DNA from: Heterodontus francisci
Lineage: Eukaryota
DNA length: 64,000 nt
Direction: 5' to 3'
Assembly (NCBI RefSeq): GCF_036365525.1
Contig: NC_090393.1
Span: forward strand, 55,876,335-55,940,334
The first letter of the stretch is position 1. Every line of letters begins with the position of its first letter. The notes under the pieces were generated by a model that was not told the DNA's origin, did no database searches, and worked only from the letters and a program-made list of their open reading frames with translations. Made by a program: the position numbers and the translations under genes. This document shows, piece by piece, positions 1 to 12,481 of this stretch.

Positions 1-932
1 AGTCCTTGTGCAATCAGCTAATGGGAACAGTTTTTTTGCCTGCCTTATCCCAAACTGTCATAATCTTTGCACCTCAATCAAATCTCTTCACAAAGTCCTT
101 TGCTCCAATGAGAACAACCCCAACTTTTCCAACCTAAATTTGTAGCTAAAATCCCTCATTCCTGAAACCATTCTGGTAAATCTCCTCTGCACACTCTCAA
201 GGACCCTTACATCCATCCTAAAGTGTGATGATCAAAATTGGAGTAAATAGTCTAATTATGGCCTAACCAGAGCTTTCTAAAAGTTCAGTATAACTTCGCT
301 GCTTTTGTACTCAATACTTCTATTTACGAAGCACAAGATTCCATATAATAAAAGCAAAATACTGCGGATGCTGGAAATCTGAAACCAAAACAAGAAATGC
401 TGGATTCACTCAGCAGGTCTGGCAGCATCTGTGGAAAGAGAAGCAGAGTTAACGTTTCGGGTCAGTGACCCTTCTTCGGAAGAAGGGTCACTGACCCGAA
501 ACGTTAACTCTGCTTCTCTTTCCACAGATGCTGCCAGACCTGCTGAGTGAATCCAGCATTTCTTGTTTTTGTACAAGATTCCATATGTTTTGTTGACCAC
601 ACTCTCAATACGTCCTGCAACCTACAAAAAGCTATGCACATGCACCCAAGGTCCCTTTGTCCCTGCACACTCTTTCGAACTGTGACATTTAAGTTTATAT
701 GACCTCATCCCATCCCTACTGCCAAAATGCATCACCTCACACTTGTTTGTATTAAATTCCACGTTTGTATTAAATTCCATTTGCCACTTGTCTGTCCATT
801 CTGCTAGCCTATCTATGTCCTCTTGAAGTCAATTTGTATCATCCCCACCGTTTGCCATTCCTTCAAGTTTGGAATCATTGGCAAATTTTGAAATCTTAGG
901 CTCAATTCCAATATCCAAGTTATTTCTATATA
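1..932 (-). mobile_element. Degenerate CR1-type LINE 3' fragment (resumes about 2400-2545)
   Basis: Antisense RT/3' sequence closely resembling 4700-5478; interrupted by the 347-572 insertion and by an LTR at 933. Confidence 0.75.
347..572. mobile_element. Penelope-derived palindromic insertion
   Basis: 91-bp perfect inverted arms 387-477/479-569; 14-bp TSD ACAAGATTCCATAT at 333-346 and 573-586; same sequence as the 3' end of the Penelope copy at 1805-1905. Confidence 0.85.
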
Positions 933-974
933 TTGTTATGACCAGGCAAGAAAAGTGTCTAGAGATCCTTTATG

Positions 975-1905
975 CTACCACTACCAAGCGCATCTTCCCC
1001 TCCTCTCCCCTGTCAGCATTCCGAAGGGATCATTCCCTCCGTGACACCCTGGTCTACTCCTCCATTAACCTCATCACCTCTTCCCCTTCCCATGGAACCT
1101 TCCCCTGCAATTGCAGAAGGTATAATACCTGCCCATTTACTTTCTCTCTCCCCACTATCCAAGGCCCCAAACACTCCTTTCAGGTGAAGCAGCGATTTAC
1201 TTGTACTTCTTTCAATTTAGTATACTGCATTCGCAGACTGGGTGAACACTTTGCGAAACACCTCTGCTTAGTCCGAAAGCATGACCCTGAGCTTCCAGTT
1301 GCTCGCCATTTCAACAGTCCCTCCTGCTCACATGTTTACATCTCTGTCCTGGGATTGCTGCAGTATTCCAGTGAACATCAACACAAGCTCGAGGAACAGC
1401 ATCTCATTTACCAATAGGGCACGCTACAGCCTGCCAGACTGAACTTTGAGTTCAATAATTTCAGAGCATTACGGGCCCCCCTTTTAAATTTTATTTTAGT
1501 CATTTTTCATTTTTCTTTTTTATGGTCTTATTTTATTTTACTTTGTTTAGTTTGTTTCTACACTGCCTACCCACTGTTTTTTCATGTTTGTGCTTGGGGC
1601 CAAGCTGTTCAGTTTTCTGTCAATTAACACCGTCTCTGTACTAACGCTTTGTCTTTCACCATTAACATACCGTTTGCCTTTGCACTCTGACCTTCTGGTC
1701 AGTTATTCTCTGTGACCTTGTCCTATCAACACCTTCTCTTTTGTTATCTCTTTTCCCACCCCTGCTTTACTTGCTTAAAACCTATTACATTTCTGGCTCT
1801 GCCTGTTCTGATGAAGGGTTACTGACCTGAAATGTTAACTCTGCTTCTCTCTCCACAGATGCTGCCAGACCTGCTGAGTATTTCCAGCATTTCTTGTTTT
1901 TATTT
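975..1905 (+). mobile_element. Penelope-like retroelement 3' part: GIY-YIG endonuclease remnant plus 3' end
   Basis: ORF 869-1417 has PCNCRRYNTC, FTCTSFNLVYCIR, LPVARHFNSPS, KLEEQHLI, typical of the Penelope GIY-YIG region; the YIG segment is deleted. Confidence 0.85.
1805..1839 (+). ncRNA. Minimal type I hammerhead ribozyme motif (Penelope)
   Basis: GTT-CTGATGA-A-GGGTTACTGACCT-GAAA-TG-TT-AAC: core boxes, stem II, short stem I. Confidence 0.6.
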
Positions 1906-3039
1906 CTTCTTAAACCTTGTTCACTGTAGGACACATTTCTCTCCTGGTGTTCATATGTCTTCAATGGTTTCCGAAGCTGGTGAGAGTTAGATGAGAGCAG
2001 ATAGGAGAGAGGTGTTCTCATTCCAGGAGCTAACAGCCTTATGATTTCAAATTCCTTGTTGGAAGCTCAAATTCAAAAAACTCCAACAGTCAGTCAGTCA
2101 TGAGACCAAACTGGCACGACCACGTCTGTTTGTGTATTTGGCCATTTTAGTAGATAATCTGGAATGATTCAATGTCTGGCAATCAAAAGGCCGTTGTGAA
2201 TTAAATTGGAGCAGGGAATAGCTCCTTTGTCCTTTGAAGTAATTGTCTGTTGATAAGCTAATGTCTCTGTCCAGCCAAAGTCTCCAATTGTTTTTTAAAG
2301 CAAGGTCTTTTTTCACCATCAGCAGTTTAAAATCAGTGTTCATGTGGCGAAATTAATTTTCCTCATTATTGGCAAGTGGGGAGGCTTGCCTGAAAATATG
2401 CAAACAAAAAAAAAAACCAGTGGTCCGAGCACTGACCCTTGCGGAACAGCACTGTCTGCCATCCTCCAGTCTGAAAAAGAACCAGTTACCATGACTGGCT
2501 CTTTTCCATCTTTAAGCCAATTTTTTTAATCCAAGCTGGTATTGATAGTTTCTCTTTTGTGTTTGCACAGGAGGAACAAGTTCAGTTAGTGCACATGTCT
2601 TGGAGCACACTGTGAGTCAAACTACTGCCTAGCTTTCTGCATGGCTGAGTGGTGTGACGCCTCAGCCTCAAGGAGTGGTCATCCTTGCTTTGCGAGGTTG
2701 CTGAATTTTGGTCCCTCTTAAGATTCAATTCCCACTACTGACATCAGCTTTTACATCCACACAAAACCTCACAGCATCACACTGTCTGCTCAGCTTGCCT
2801 GCAATTTTCACGTGCCTCCTTCAAGTACTTCAATCCTACTGCCATTTGCAACAAACACAAGGCACAGTTCCACACCCACTTCGTTTCCTCATGAAACTTC
2901 AGGAATCCTAAGCCTGTCCTTATGCATAATGCTTCAAATCACACTTCTCCTATCAACCATTTCCAATGCTACACTGGCAGCACTCTTACAAAATTATCTT
3001 TTGCCCGACCTCCTCGCTGTATTCCTCATTGCTTTCTGC

Positions 3040-4025
3040 ATACAGCAGGATATAGATCGGTTGGAGACTTGGGCGGAGAAATGGCAGTTGGAGTTTAATC
3101 CGGACAAATGTGAGGTAATGCATTTTGGAATGTCTAATGCAGGTGGGAGGTATACAGTAAATGGCAGAACCCTTAGGAGTATTGACAGGCAGAGAGATCT
3201 GGGCGTACAGGTCCACAGGTCACTGAAAGTGGCAACACAGGTGGATAAGGTAGTCAAGAAGGCATATGGCATGCTTGCCTTCATCGGTCGGTGCATAGAG
3301 TATAAAAATTGTCAAGTCATGCTGCAGCTGTACAGAACTTTAGTTAGGCCATACTTAGAATACTGCGTGCAATTCTGGTCGCCACACTACCAGAAGGACG
3401 TGGAGGCTTTGGAGAGGGTACAGAGGAGGTTTGCCAGGATGTTGCCTGGTCTGGAGGGCATTAGCTACGAGGAGAGGTTGGACCCGAAACGTTAACTCTG
3501 CTTCTCTTTCCACAGATGCTGCCAGACCTGCTGAGTGATTCCAGCATTTCTTGTTTTTGTTTCAGATTTCCAGCATCCGCAGTATTTTGCTTTTATTATT
3601 GGAAAAACTCGGATTGTTTTCACTGGAATGACGGAGATGGCGGGGCGACATGATAGAGGTTTACAAAGTTATGAATGGCATGGACAGAGTGGATAGTCAG
3701 AAGCTTTTTCCCAGGGTGGAAGAGTCAGTTACTAGGGGACATAGGTTTAAGGTGCGAGGGGCAAAGTTTAGAGGGGATGTGCGAGGCAAGTTTTTTACAC
3801 AGAGGGTGGTGAGTGCCTGGAACTTGCTGCCAGGGGAGGTGGTGGAAGCAGATACGATAGCGACGTTTAAGAGACATCTTGACAAATACATGAATAGGAA
3901 TGGAATAGAGGGATATGGGCCCCGAAGTGCAGAAGGTGTAAGTTTAGGCAGGCATCAAGATCGGCGCAGGCTTGGAGGGCCGAATGTCTTGTTTCTGTGC
4001 TGTACTGTTCTTTGTTCTTTGTTCT
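3040..4025 (+). mobile_element. CR1 LINE 3' fragment (RT C-terminus and 3' UTR)
   Basis: WQLEFNPDKCEVMHFG...LVRPYLEYCVQFWSP; ends in GTTCTTT repeats; near-identical to 14910-15800. Confidence 0.9.
3481..3598 (+). mobile_element. Short Penelope 3'-end insertion inside CR1
   Basis: GACCCGAAACGTTAACTCTG...TTTTATTA interrupts the CR1 frame at EERL; TTGGA repeated on both sides. Confidence 0.8.
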
Positions 4026-4699
4026 AGCATTATGACTTTCAGTCCCACTGCGTACACTGTGGCTTCTCACAAACAGGACAATAGTCTCAAAGAATGAGAC
4101 TTCTTGCACACAAAAAGCCCATTGAATTCTGCATTCTTACTTCGGGAATTACTTCCAATCCCATTTGACATGCTAACATTTTTCCTGAAAAAGGGGCACC
4201 ACAGCCAAGCAGTTTCCTCATCAGCAATTCAATGTTGCCAGAGTTGATGCCTTTGGAGGCTGGCTCTTTCAGATTGCAATGATCACACGAATGCTGATGG
4301 CCAAGTGAAGAGTACCTGCACCGTGCCTTGTTTCCCCTCACAAGGTTAGGGAGATCGTGGTAATCTTCTAGGGAGCAGGGTTCCAATTAGCACTTGTTGC
4401 AATAATATATTGTGAGGCAAAGAAAGGCATGGGAATGAGAGGCTGAAATGTCCTGCTTGGAACGATTATACGATTGCGGTGTTTTAGAAGGTCTTGTGTT
4501 TGGATGGCAGCTGTGTTGCTTGTCTTTGGTCAAGTTGAGCAAGCAAAACTATATGAGAAAATGAAGTTTCCAGAGGGGTTGCAAAATGCAAGTTGTACGA
4601 AAGATGTGTGTCTGATTGTTGTTTGCAGTGCAGGAACGATGAATTTCCTTGCTGGCACTGCTTGATAAGTCAAATAAGATTAACAAATGATCAACGAGT

Positions 4700-5478
4700 C
4701 GTAAAGTCATTTCCGGCACAGAAGAAGAACATTCTGCCCATCGAGTGTATGCCGGCTCTCCATAGAACAATCCAGTCAATCCCATTGCATTGCTCTAGCC
4801 CTTAAAGTTTATTTCCTTCAAGTGCCCATCCAATTTTCTTTTGAAATCATTCATTGTCTCTGCTTCCAACACCCTCAAAGGCAGCGAGTTGCAGCTCATT
4901 ACCAGTAGCTGGGTAAAAATGTTCTTCCTTACATTCCCCTGCATCTCTTGCCCAAAACTGTGTCCCCTAGTCCTTGTACCATCAGCTAATGGAAACAGTT
5001 TTTCTTTGCCTGCCTTATCTCAAACGGTCATAATCTTTACACCTCAATCAACTGTCTCCGCAATCTCCTTTGCTCCAATGAGAACAAACCGAGCTTCTAC
5101 AACCTAACCTTGTTGCTAAAGTCCCTCATCCCTGGTACCATTCTGGTCAATCTTCTCTGCACTCTGTCAAAGAGCTTCACATCCATCCTAAAGTGCAACG
5201 ACCAAAACTGGAGGCAATAGTCTAGTTGTGGCCGAACCAGAGCTTTATAAAGGTTCAGCATAGCTTCTCTGCCTTTGTACTCAATATTTCTATTTCAGAA
5301 GCCCAAGATCCCATGTTTTGCTGACCACACGCTCAATATATCCTGCAGCCTTCAAAAATCTATACGCATGCATCCCCAGGTCCCTCACATTTGTTTGTAT
5401 TAAATTCAATTTGCCACTTGTCTTCCCATTCTGCTAGGCTATCTATGTCCTCTTGAAGTCAATTTGTATCATCCTCAC
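4700..5478 (-). mobile_element. Degenerate CR1-type LINE 3' fragment
   Basis: Similar to 1-932; antisense RT C-terminal and 3' UTR sequence. Confidence 0.7.
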
Positions 5479-5649
5479 TGAATTCTACTCTCTTACTTCA
5501 GAAATTACTTCCAATCCCATTAGCTATGCTAATTGCCCTGCTGTATCACCTCATTGTTTCCCTTTGATTTTCTCATCCATTCGGTGATGATATTGTCCTT
5601 GAAAGTCATGGGAAAATGGTTGTGCATTCTCGTTTGAAATCGTTATTAC

Positions 5650-7200
5650 CTGTCACTTATGGTGTAAATATTCACTGATATGCCAGTCCAAATCTGGATG
5701 TTATCCAGGTCCTGATCCTCGGGTCCTTCGTTGTAGGAATTCTGATGGAGCTGAGCACCTTGGAACCATCAGTGAACAGTCACATTCCTGACTTTCGAAG
5801 GTGGAAAGGTCATTGATGAAATAATTGAAAAAGAGTGGGCTTAAAATGCTTCCTTGTGGATGCCCTGCAGTGATGTTTTGGGTCTGTGATGATTGGTCTC
5901 TAACAACTACAAGCACCTTCCTTCGCATCAGGTATGACAATTTTTTTCCCCTTTGACGCCCTTGACTTAGATTATTTACAAAAGCAAAATACCACAGATG
6001 CTGGAAATCTGAAATAAAACAGAAAGTACTGGAAATACTCAGCAGAAATGGCAGCATCTGTGGAGAGATAAACAGAGATAACTTTTCAGGTCTGTGACCT
6101 TTCATCAGAACTGGGAAAAGATAGAAATGTAATAGGGTTTGAGCAGTGAAAGGCTGAGGGTGGGAAAGAGAACAAAAGGGAATGTCTGTGATAGGGTGAA
6201 GGGCAGGAGACAAAAGCTTAAAGGGTAATGGGTCAAGTAAAGAAACAAGAGATGTGCCTGAAGGAGGTGTGATAGCAGGATCTGAGAAGGAAATAAAAGA
6301 GAACCAAGAGGGGAACAAAAAATAAACCAGCAAAGAAAAATGAAACAAAATATGATCAGAGGATATTATCAAAAATTATTGAACTCAATGTTCAACCATG
6401 AAGGCTGAGCAGTGTCGAGTCAAAAGTTGAGGTGCTGTCCTTCGAGGTTGCATTGAGCTTCATTGGAACACTGCAGCAGGCCAAGGATAGAAAGATCAGA
6501 GTGGGAGCAAGGTGCAGAATTAAAATGACAGGTGACTAGGAGCTTGAGGTCATGTTTGCAGACTGAATGGAGGTTTTCCACACAGCAGTCACGTAGTCAG
6601 CGCTTGATCTCCTCGATGTAGTGGAGACCACAATGTGAGCAGTGACTAAGTTTATTAAATTGAAAGACATACAAGTAAATTGCTGCTTCACTTGAAAGAA
6701 ATGTTTGGGGCTTTGGATGATGAGAAGGGAGGAGGCAAAAGGGCATTCAGCCATTTGCACAACAAAGTTGTGACAGAATCTAAAACTGAATGGTTCTGGT
6801 AGAACCTAAACTGAGCATCGTGAGTCAGATATTGTTGAATAGTTGTTTCTTGATGGAACTATTAATGGATCGTTCCAACAATTTATTAGTGTTTGGAAGG
6901 CAGTTGATAGGTCAATAAATAGTCTGCGTAAGATTTATTCTGTTTTTTACCTGATTAGGACATACCTCGGCCATCTTTCAAAATGTCATTATGCAAATGG
7001 GCGGAGGTGCCTCGCGTAGCTGCAATGCTCTGGTACACAAGTCTTCAGCACTGCAACTGTTATATTATCAGAGTCTATAATCTGAGCTATGTCTGCTGTA
7101 GTTAAACACTTTCTAATCTCGCATCGAGTGAATCAATTTAGGTGGACATCGGTATCTATGATCGGGGATGGGTTTGGCTGAAGACCCTGGCAAACATTCT
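5650..7200 (-). mobile_element. Old LINE RT remnant, split by a Penelope insertion
   Basis: SYLMRRKVLVVVRDQSS...GHPQGSILSPLFFNYFINDL in ORF 5701-6372. Confidence 0.6.
5975..6750 (-). mobile_element. Penelope-like element 3' part with hammerhead motif at 6076-6112
   Basis: IQSPKHFFQVKQQFTCMSFNL; minus strand AGTT-CTGATGA-A-AGGTCACAGACCT-GAAA. Confidence 0.8.
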
Positions 7201-7899
7201 AGAAATGGTCTGATTTGGTTATGAAAGTTGCATTCGGTTTATGTTCCAAGTTGCCTGTCATTTGCATCCTCATTTTTATTGGTGAAATCACTTGCTTCGA
7301 CAAAAGCCAAAAGTCTATCAGAGAATGTGTTTCTTTTGTTATCACGGCACTTTGAAATGAACCTCTTATCTGCGGCTTTTGAGGCCATTATATTATTTCT
7401 ACCCATATTGTTTGCTCATTCGGGAATTACTCCCACTAGGTACCATCCTGTGCCCTTCAATCCCCCTTCTAATATTTATTTGTTATGTTTTACTGCAGCT
7501 CCAGTGGACTATTTAGTATTCTGCATTATTTGTCCTTACTGCACGCCTGGTTATCCTCTTTCCTCAGCAAATCAAATCTGTCTGACTTTGAACTCTGCCA
7601 CAAACAAATTAATTTGCCCACCGAGCCGGCATCATTCCCAATTTTCATCTTGCTCCCAAAAGAGTAATCCAGCAATCTCCTTCCTGATCGTGTAAGGTAC
7701 ATAAGTGGTTCTTTCCCCCAGGAATAAGAAAGCTGAGGACATTGTATATCTTCAAGAGATAGTTGATCCCGTTTCTAGCCAGGGAATACGTTATTTCTTG
7801 CAAGAAGGGTATGCTATATTGCATAAGTCATAGCCTGTGTGGGCTCCTCAATTGGTTTTGATCGCCTAAAGGGGTCAAATGGGAATTATTCATTTTTTC

Positions 7900-10490
7900 C
7901 CATGATTGTCCTGACTTTTTAACCTGTTTTCTTTGTTTGTTGTTTCCCAGGAGATTAGATGGCTCCAGATGGATGGGAAATATTTGTGATACCTAAGGCA
8001 TCATGACTGAATGAGACTTGCAGGATAGGCTGGTTGATCCTTTCCTCTTCAACACTTCTGTTTGTTCCTATAAGTGTATTTCTTCCTGCATGGGATGTGG
8101 TAAGTTCAGAGGTATATGCTTGTAATGTTTCATTCTGTAAATAAATATGAGACCGAGTAAAGATAGCCTCCAGTATCATCCTTCACTCACTGGCTTTCTG
8201 GAATGTAACATGGTAGCAGAGGATGGCTGCCTAAAGATGAAGGTCAGAAATATTTTTTAAAAAATCAGGCAGAAGACTACAATTCTTGCAGCTATTGTGG
8301 GAAATGGCAGAAGGCAAGTGTAAATTGTCAGGGTATGATTATCTCTCTGATATTCTGGGAGTCTGAGTCATATGACCAGTGGCAGAATAAAGTGGATATG
8401 TGCATACGAGTTACATCCCTACCAAGGAGGAAGCAGGTATGGCCTTGGCATTGTCAATTCCTACTAGAAGTAAAATCAGAAATAAAATATTTTGTGAGCT
8501 GGATGCCATGATTTGGATATTGAAATGGATTACTGATGAATCTTTTATTAGAGTTCTTGAATGAAATTTACAAGAAAGATAATTTACTAAATGCCTATGA
8601 GGCATGGCCAGACTTCGATAGCTTTCAGAAAATAGATGGTTATTCAATGGAGGAATATCACATGGATTTTAACAGACTGTATAAAAGATTGAGGAAATTA
8701 CGTTTAGAGATCCCTGCTTCAATGGTAGCATTTGAATTGTTGGATTGTACCAAGGTGTTTGATATGGACAGGATCCAGGTTCTAGCTGGGGTTCATTTCT
8801 CAGACAGAGGCTCCCTGTTGGATCAGGTATCTGGTGCCTGGAAAAACTTCCTGGGGAACAATCATTTCCTGCAGGTTTGGTGGAACAAATGGGACATTTC
8901 TTGGTGACACAAAAATAGAGAACTCCATGATTGTTGGATTTCGAAATTCTCAAACATGGCAGTCAAACTGTTCAGGTTAATTGCTGATGATTAATCAGGT
9001 TTAATTACAAAATCTCAGAATCTGAGCCTCTGATAGAACGAAATGAGGCATCTTGCATTTCAAACGCTCATGTGTTTTGTGATGAATGTCCTGAGGAACA
9101 GAATATGGTAGATCAAGGGTTAGATAGTGGTAATGTGAGTGATCATGACATGTGGGACAGAGCTATCGCATCCAAAGGCCAATTGCCCAGAGTGGGTACT
9201 CAGGTGACATATATTCCAGATGGGTCTCATGCATGCAAGGATGTGAAAATTGTGTGACACACAGAAAAATCTAGCAGCAAGTTTAAGTATTGGTTGAATA
9301 TTCAGGATGATGGCCAATGGGTGAAATCCATCGAATGACAGAATGGGGTGGAAGAGTGGAGAGTAAGAAAGCACAGTACAAGTTCTAATTGTGGGTCTGG
9401 AGGTGACTTGTGCATCAGAAAACGATCACGTACTGGAGAATAAGCCTTCAATAGTGCAAGAGGGAAATCTTACTGTAGCAGTCCCAAAAGACATCAAAGT
9501 GCAAGTAGAGGCCATAGCTTGAATAGATTAGACAATGAAATGAGGACTGAAGAACGGACTCACAATCGAACTAGAAGCACAAGTCTTCATGACCATGAAG
9601 CTTTAGCAGCTGCCAATAAATGTAAGGATAAACTAATTAGAGAGGCAAAATAAATTCAATTAGTTAGAGAGAGTTTGGTGTTTACTTGACGTGCCAGGTA
9701 AGGGGCAGCCAGCCTTGTCACATAAATGGATTTGTACTGAAAAAGTCCTCGCAGATGGGACATACAAGGCTAAAGCAAGGTAGTTGCTAAGGGTTTTGAA
9801 GAGTGACTGAGTGATACAGATGTCAGAGTTGACTTTCCCACAGGTGGAAAAGTAATCTTGATTTTTTTTTCCAGCTGCAGTGTGATACTTTTCAAACAGA
9901 AGTGTTTCTGAAACGTCCCACAGAAGCAGCAGAGAAACTATGGAAACTAAACAAATGCATTTATGGCCTGAATGATGCCTCCAGGATGTGATATTTCTTG
10001 GTGAGATCTATTTTGCTGAAAATAGGATGCGTTCAACTAAAAGCAGATCCTATAATGTTTTATTGGTATCATAAAGAGAAATTTTCAGGCATCTTCTTGG
10101 TGCACGTTGACGATTTCTTATGAAGTGGTACTGTGGAATTTGAGAAATGTGTTATCAATCGTATTGGATTAGAATTTAAGATTGGGAGCCTGGCTTCTGG
10201 GGCTTTTAAATATATTGGTTTGGATATTAAGAGAGTTGATCTGGAATAACTTTAAATCAACAATCCTATTTAGAGATTGTTACTCCCATCCTGGTTAATC
10301 ATGCTCAGTCATCACAGAAAGATGATGTCATATCTGAAGAAGAGACAGAGCAATTGCAAAGCTTGATTGGTCAGTTGAACTGGTTGTAGAATCAGACTAG
10401 ACCAGATGCTAGTTTTGATGTGTTAGAGTTAAGTACTATGATGAAACACCCTAAAGTCGAGAATAGTTTAAGGGCAAATAAAACATTAAA
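7900..10490 (+). mobile_element. Degenerate Ty1/copia LTR retrotransposon, GalEa-like
   Basis: LTR end ...AACA at 8210, PBS TGGTAGCAGAGGATGG (8211-8226, complementary to tRNA-iMet), gag FLNEIYKKDNLLNAYEAW, RT motifs VAKGFEE, LWKLNKCIYGLNDASR, HVDDFL; integrase not seen; 5' boundary approximate. Confidence 0.8.
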
Positions 10491-10493
10491 AAT

Positions 10494-10960
10494 TGGCTCC
10501 GTTTGTTGACAACGCGACCACTAGGTGGCGCTGCACTGGCACATGCGCAAATGCAGCCCGCTCAACTAAAACTTCACAGGCAGCTACCAGGACTAAAGAT
10601 GGCGCTGCTCAAATAATCACACAAAGGCAACAAAACACATGGCAGCACACAATGGCCGGAGAGATCGAGTGGAGGGTGGGGGAGGACAGCGCACTGATCC
10701 TTCTCCGCTCCCCACCCCCCCCGCCCCCCCACTCTCTCCCTGCTCCCTCCCCCCCCCCCACCCTGCTCTCTCTCGCCGCTTGCTCTCTCTCCTGTGATAT
10801 GCGATTACGTCATCTGCGCATGCGCTAACCGTCCCGGCAATGCGGAACGCAACGCATGCGCAGAGAGCATGAGCCTGTTTGCGCATGTGCGCAGGTGGGT
10901 GCTGTCGGATGACGTCAGCGGCCGGCTGTGTTAACATCAAAGGCTTCCCGCACAGTGAAA
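10494..10960 (+). repeat. GC-rich interspersed repeat (related copy at 42470-42980, - strand)
   Basis: Shared GTTTG(T/C)TGACAACGC.ACCACTAGG, CATGCGCAAATG.AGCC and AAAGATG.CGCTGCTCAA motifs. Confidence 0.6.
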
Positions 10961-12481
10961 TCGCTAAAATCAAGTTGATCCCCGGCTTGCTGGCACCTCA
11001 CCTGCCTCGACCTCTACCTGAGATCCAGCATGTCCTTCTGAGTACCTTCTAGGTTGAGGGGCATAGACCTCCTGGGGCTGTAATAGGTCTTCGTCAAAAA
11101 CACAAAATAGGTGATAGAGTCCATTTTACTCTGCATGTGCAATGTGAGATCATCCATTTTGGACTAAAGAAGGATCGATTCAAATATGTTTTAAATGGGA
11201 AAATGCTTAAAACATTTTGGAGCCCGTGTACACAGATCAGTAAGATTCAGTAATCAGGTACAAACTTAACTAAAAAGGCTAATGAGACTGTGAGCCATAC
11301 AATGTTCAAATTAGACCACATTCTGCAGTAAGGTGTTCAGTTCTGGGCACTGGGCCATTAGAATGGATATATAGGCCTTGAAAGCAGTGCATATTCACCA
11401 GAATGCTACCAGGGCTCCAAGGATTAGATTATGAGGAGAGACTGCATAAACCAGGTCAAGAATCACAGGACTTCAGATAATTTCCAAAGAAAATGTGGGT
11501 TTTATCATAACTTAACTAGAACTATATATATCTATATCTATATATATATATATATACAGGTACTGCACGAGCCACATCTAATTACATCTCACTCTGTCGG
11601 GCTACATCCACAGCTCCTTGGTCATATGTGATGTAAAATAACTTCAGCTGGTGACCTTCACTTATAGCTTCTTAAAGTGATCCTCTTAAGGTCATTCCAC
11701 AACATCCCCTTTGTTCCAAAGATAAAAACATATGTACAATACACAGCGATGTTGCAATTCAGACTAAATATACATAATTAAAACAAAACATTATTTACAA
11801 GTAAGTAAGTTTCACAATCTCTAATACATAGAGGAGGTTTGCTTTTTCAAGTCGATCTTGTCATCGTAAACCTTTTCCCAGAGCTGAGCTCGCCTTGATG
11901 AATCCGCTGAGAATCTGGGGACTCGGAACTCTGGCTGGCATGTTCTTTCTCTGTGTTTGTAGCCTCTGTACATTTATGTTCAGACTTTGTCTTTGAACCT
12001 GTCTACAATGCCATAGAGTTGTCATATGTAGCATTGTCACACAGCTTTCTAAGTTGACTTTGGTTCTGTCTGAAAATGGCACCATTGAGTGTCTGGGCCT
12101 TGTACAATCTGGGCTGGTCACATATCTTTGCAATCTTTGTAGGATACCAAGTTCCTGACACATGATTGAGGACTCTTACCTTCTGCCCTACTCTCAATTG
12201 GACCGATTTTGGTGCTGCCTGCCTGTCATATGCTCCCTTCATCTTCCCTTGCTTAGAAAGCATTAGAAAAAAGATGACAGGCAACATCACCAATACCAGA
12301 AATTCCTCTGGCTTCCGGGTACTTGCTGCAATGAACTGAAGCCTGAGGAGAGAATCCCAGTCATATCACCTCTTTGTGTCATGACGCCCAGAATTTATGT
12401 TATCTTTTACAGGTGCCAACCCAATACCCTTGACCTGGGTATTTTCTATCATTTTTCCTGCATTACTGAATTTGTGTACTG

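Larger units (their letters stand above)
933..2345 (-). mobile_element. LTR fragment (same family as 47077-48010, opposite orientation), split by a Penelope insertion
   Basis: TGTTATGACCAGG at 933 and 1906-2345 match the reverse complement of 47300-48010. Confidence 0.6.

Noticed and set aside
2550-3040. Good splice acceptor and Cys/His-rich frames; 227-aa ORF 2812-3495
   Set aside because: ORF is a chance fusion into CR1 RT; no recognisable domain or partner exons.
6991-6998. ATGCAAAT octamer next to a GC box
   Set aside because: Lies in a decayed LINE with no leader or V nearby.
7228-7695. 155-aa hydrophobic ORF
   Set aside because: No motif, non-ATG start, no gene context.
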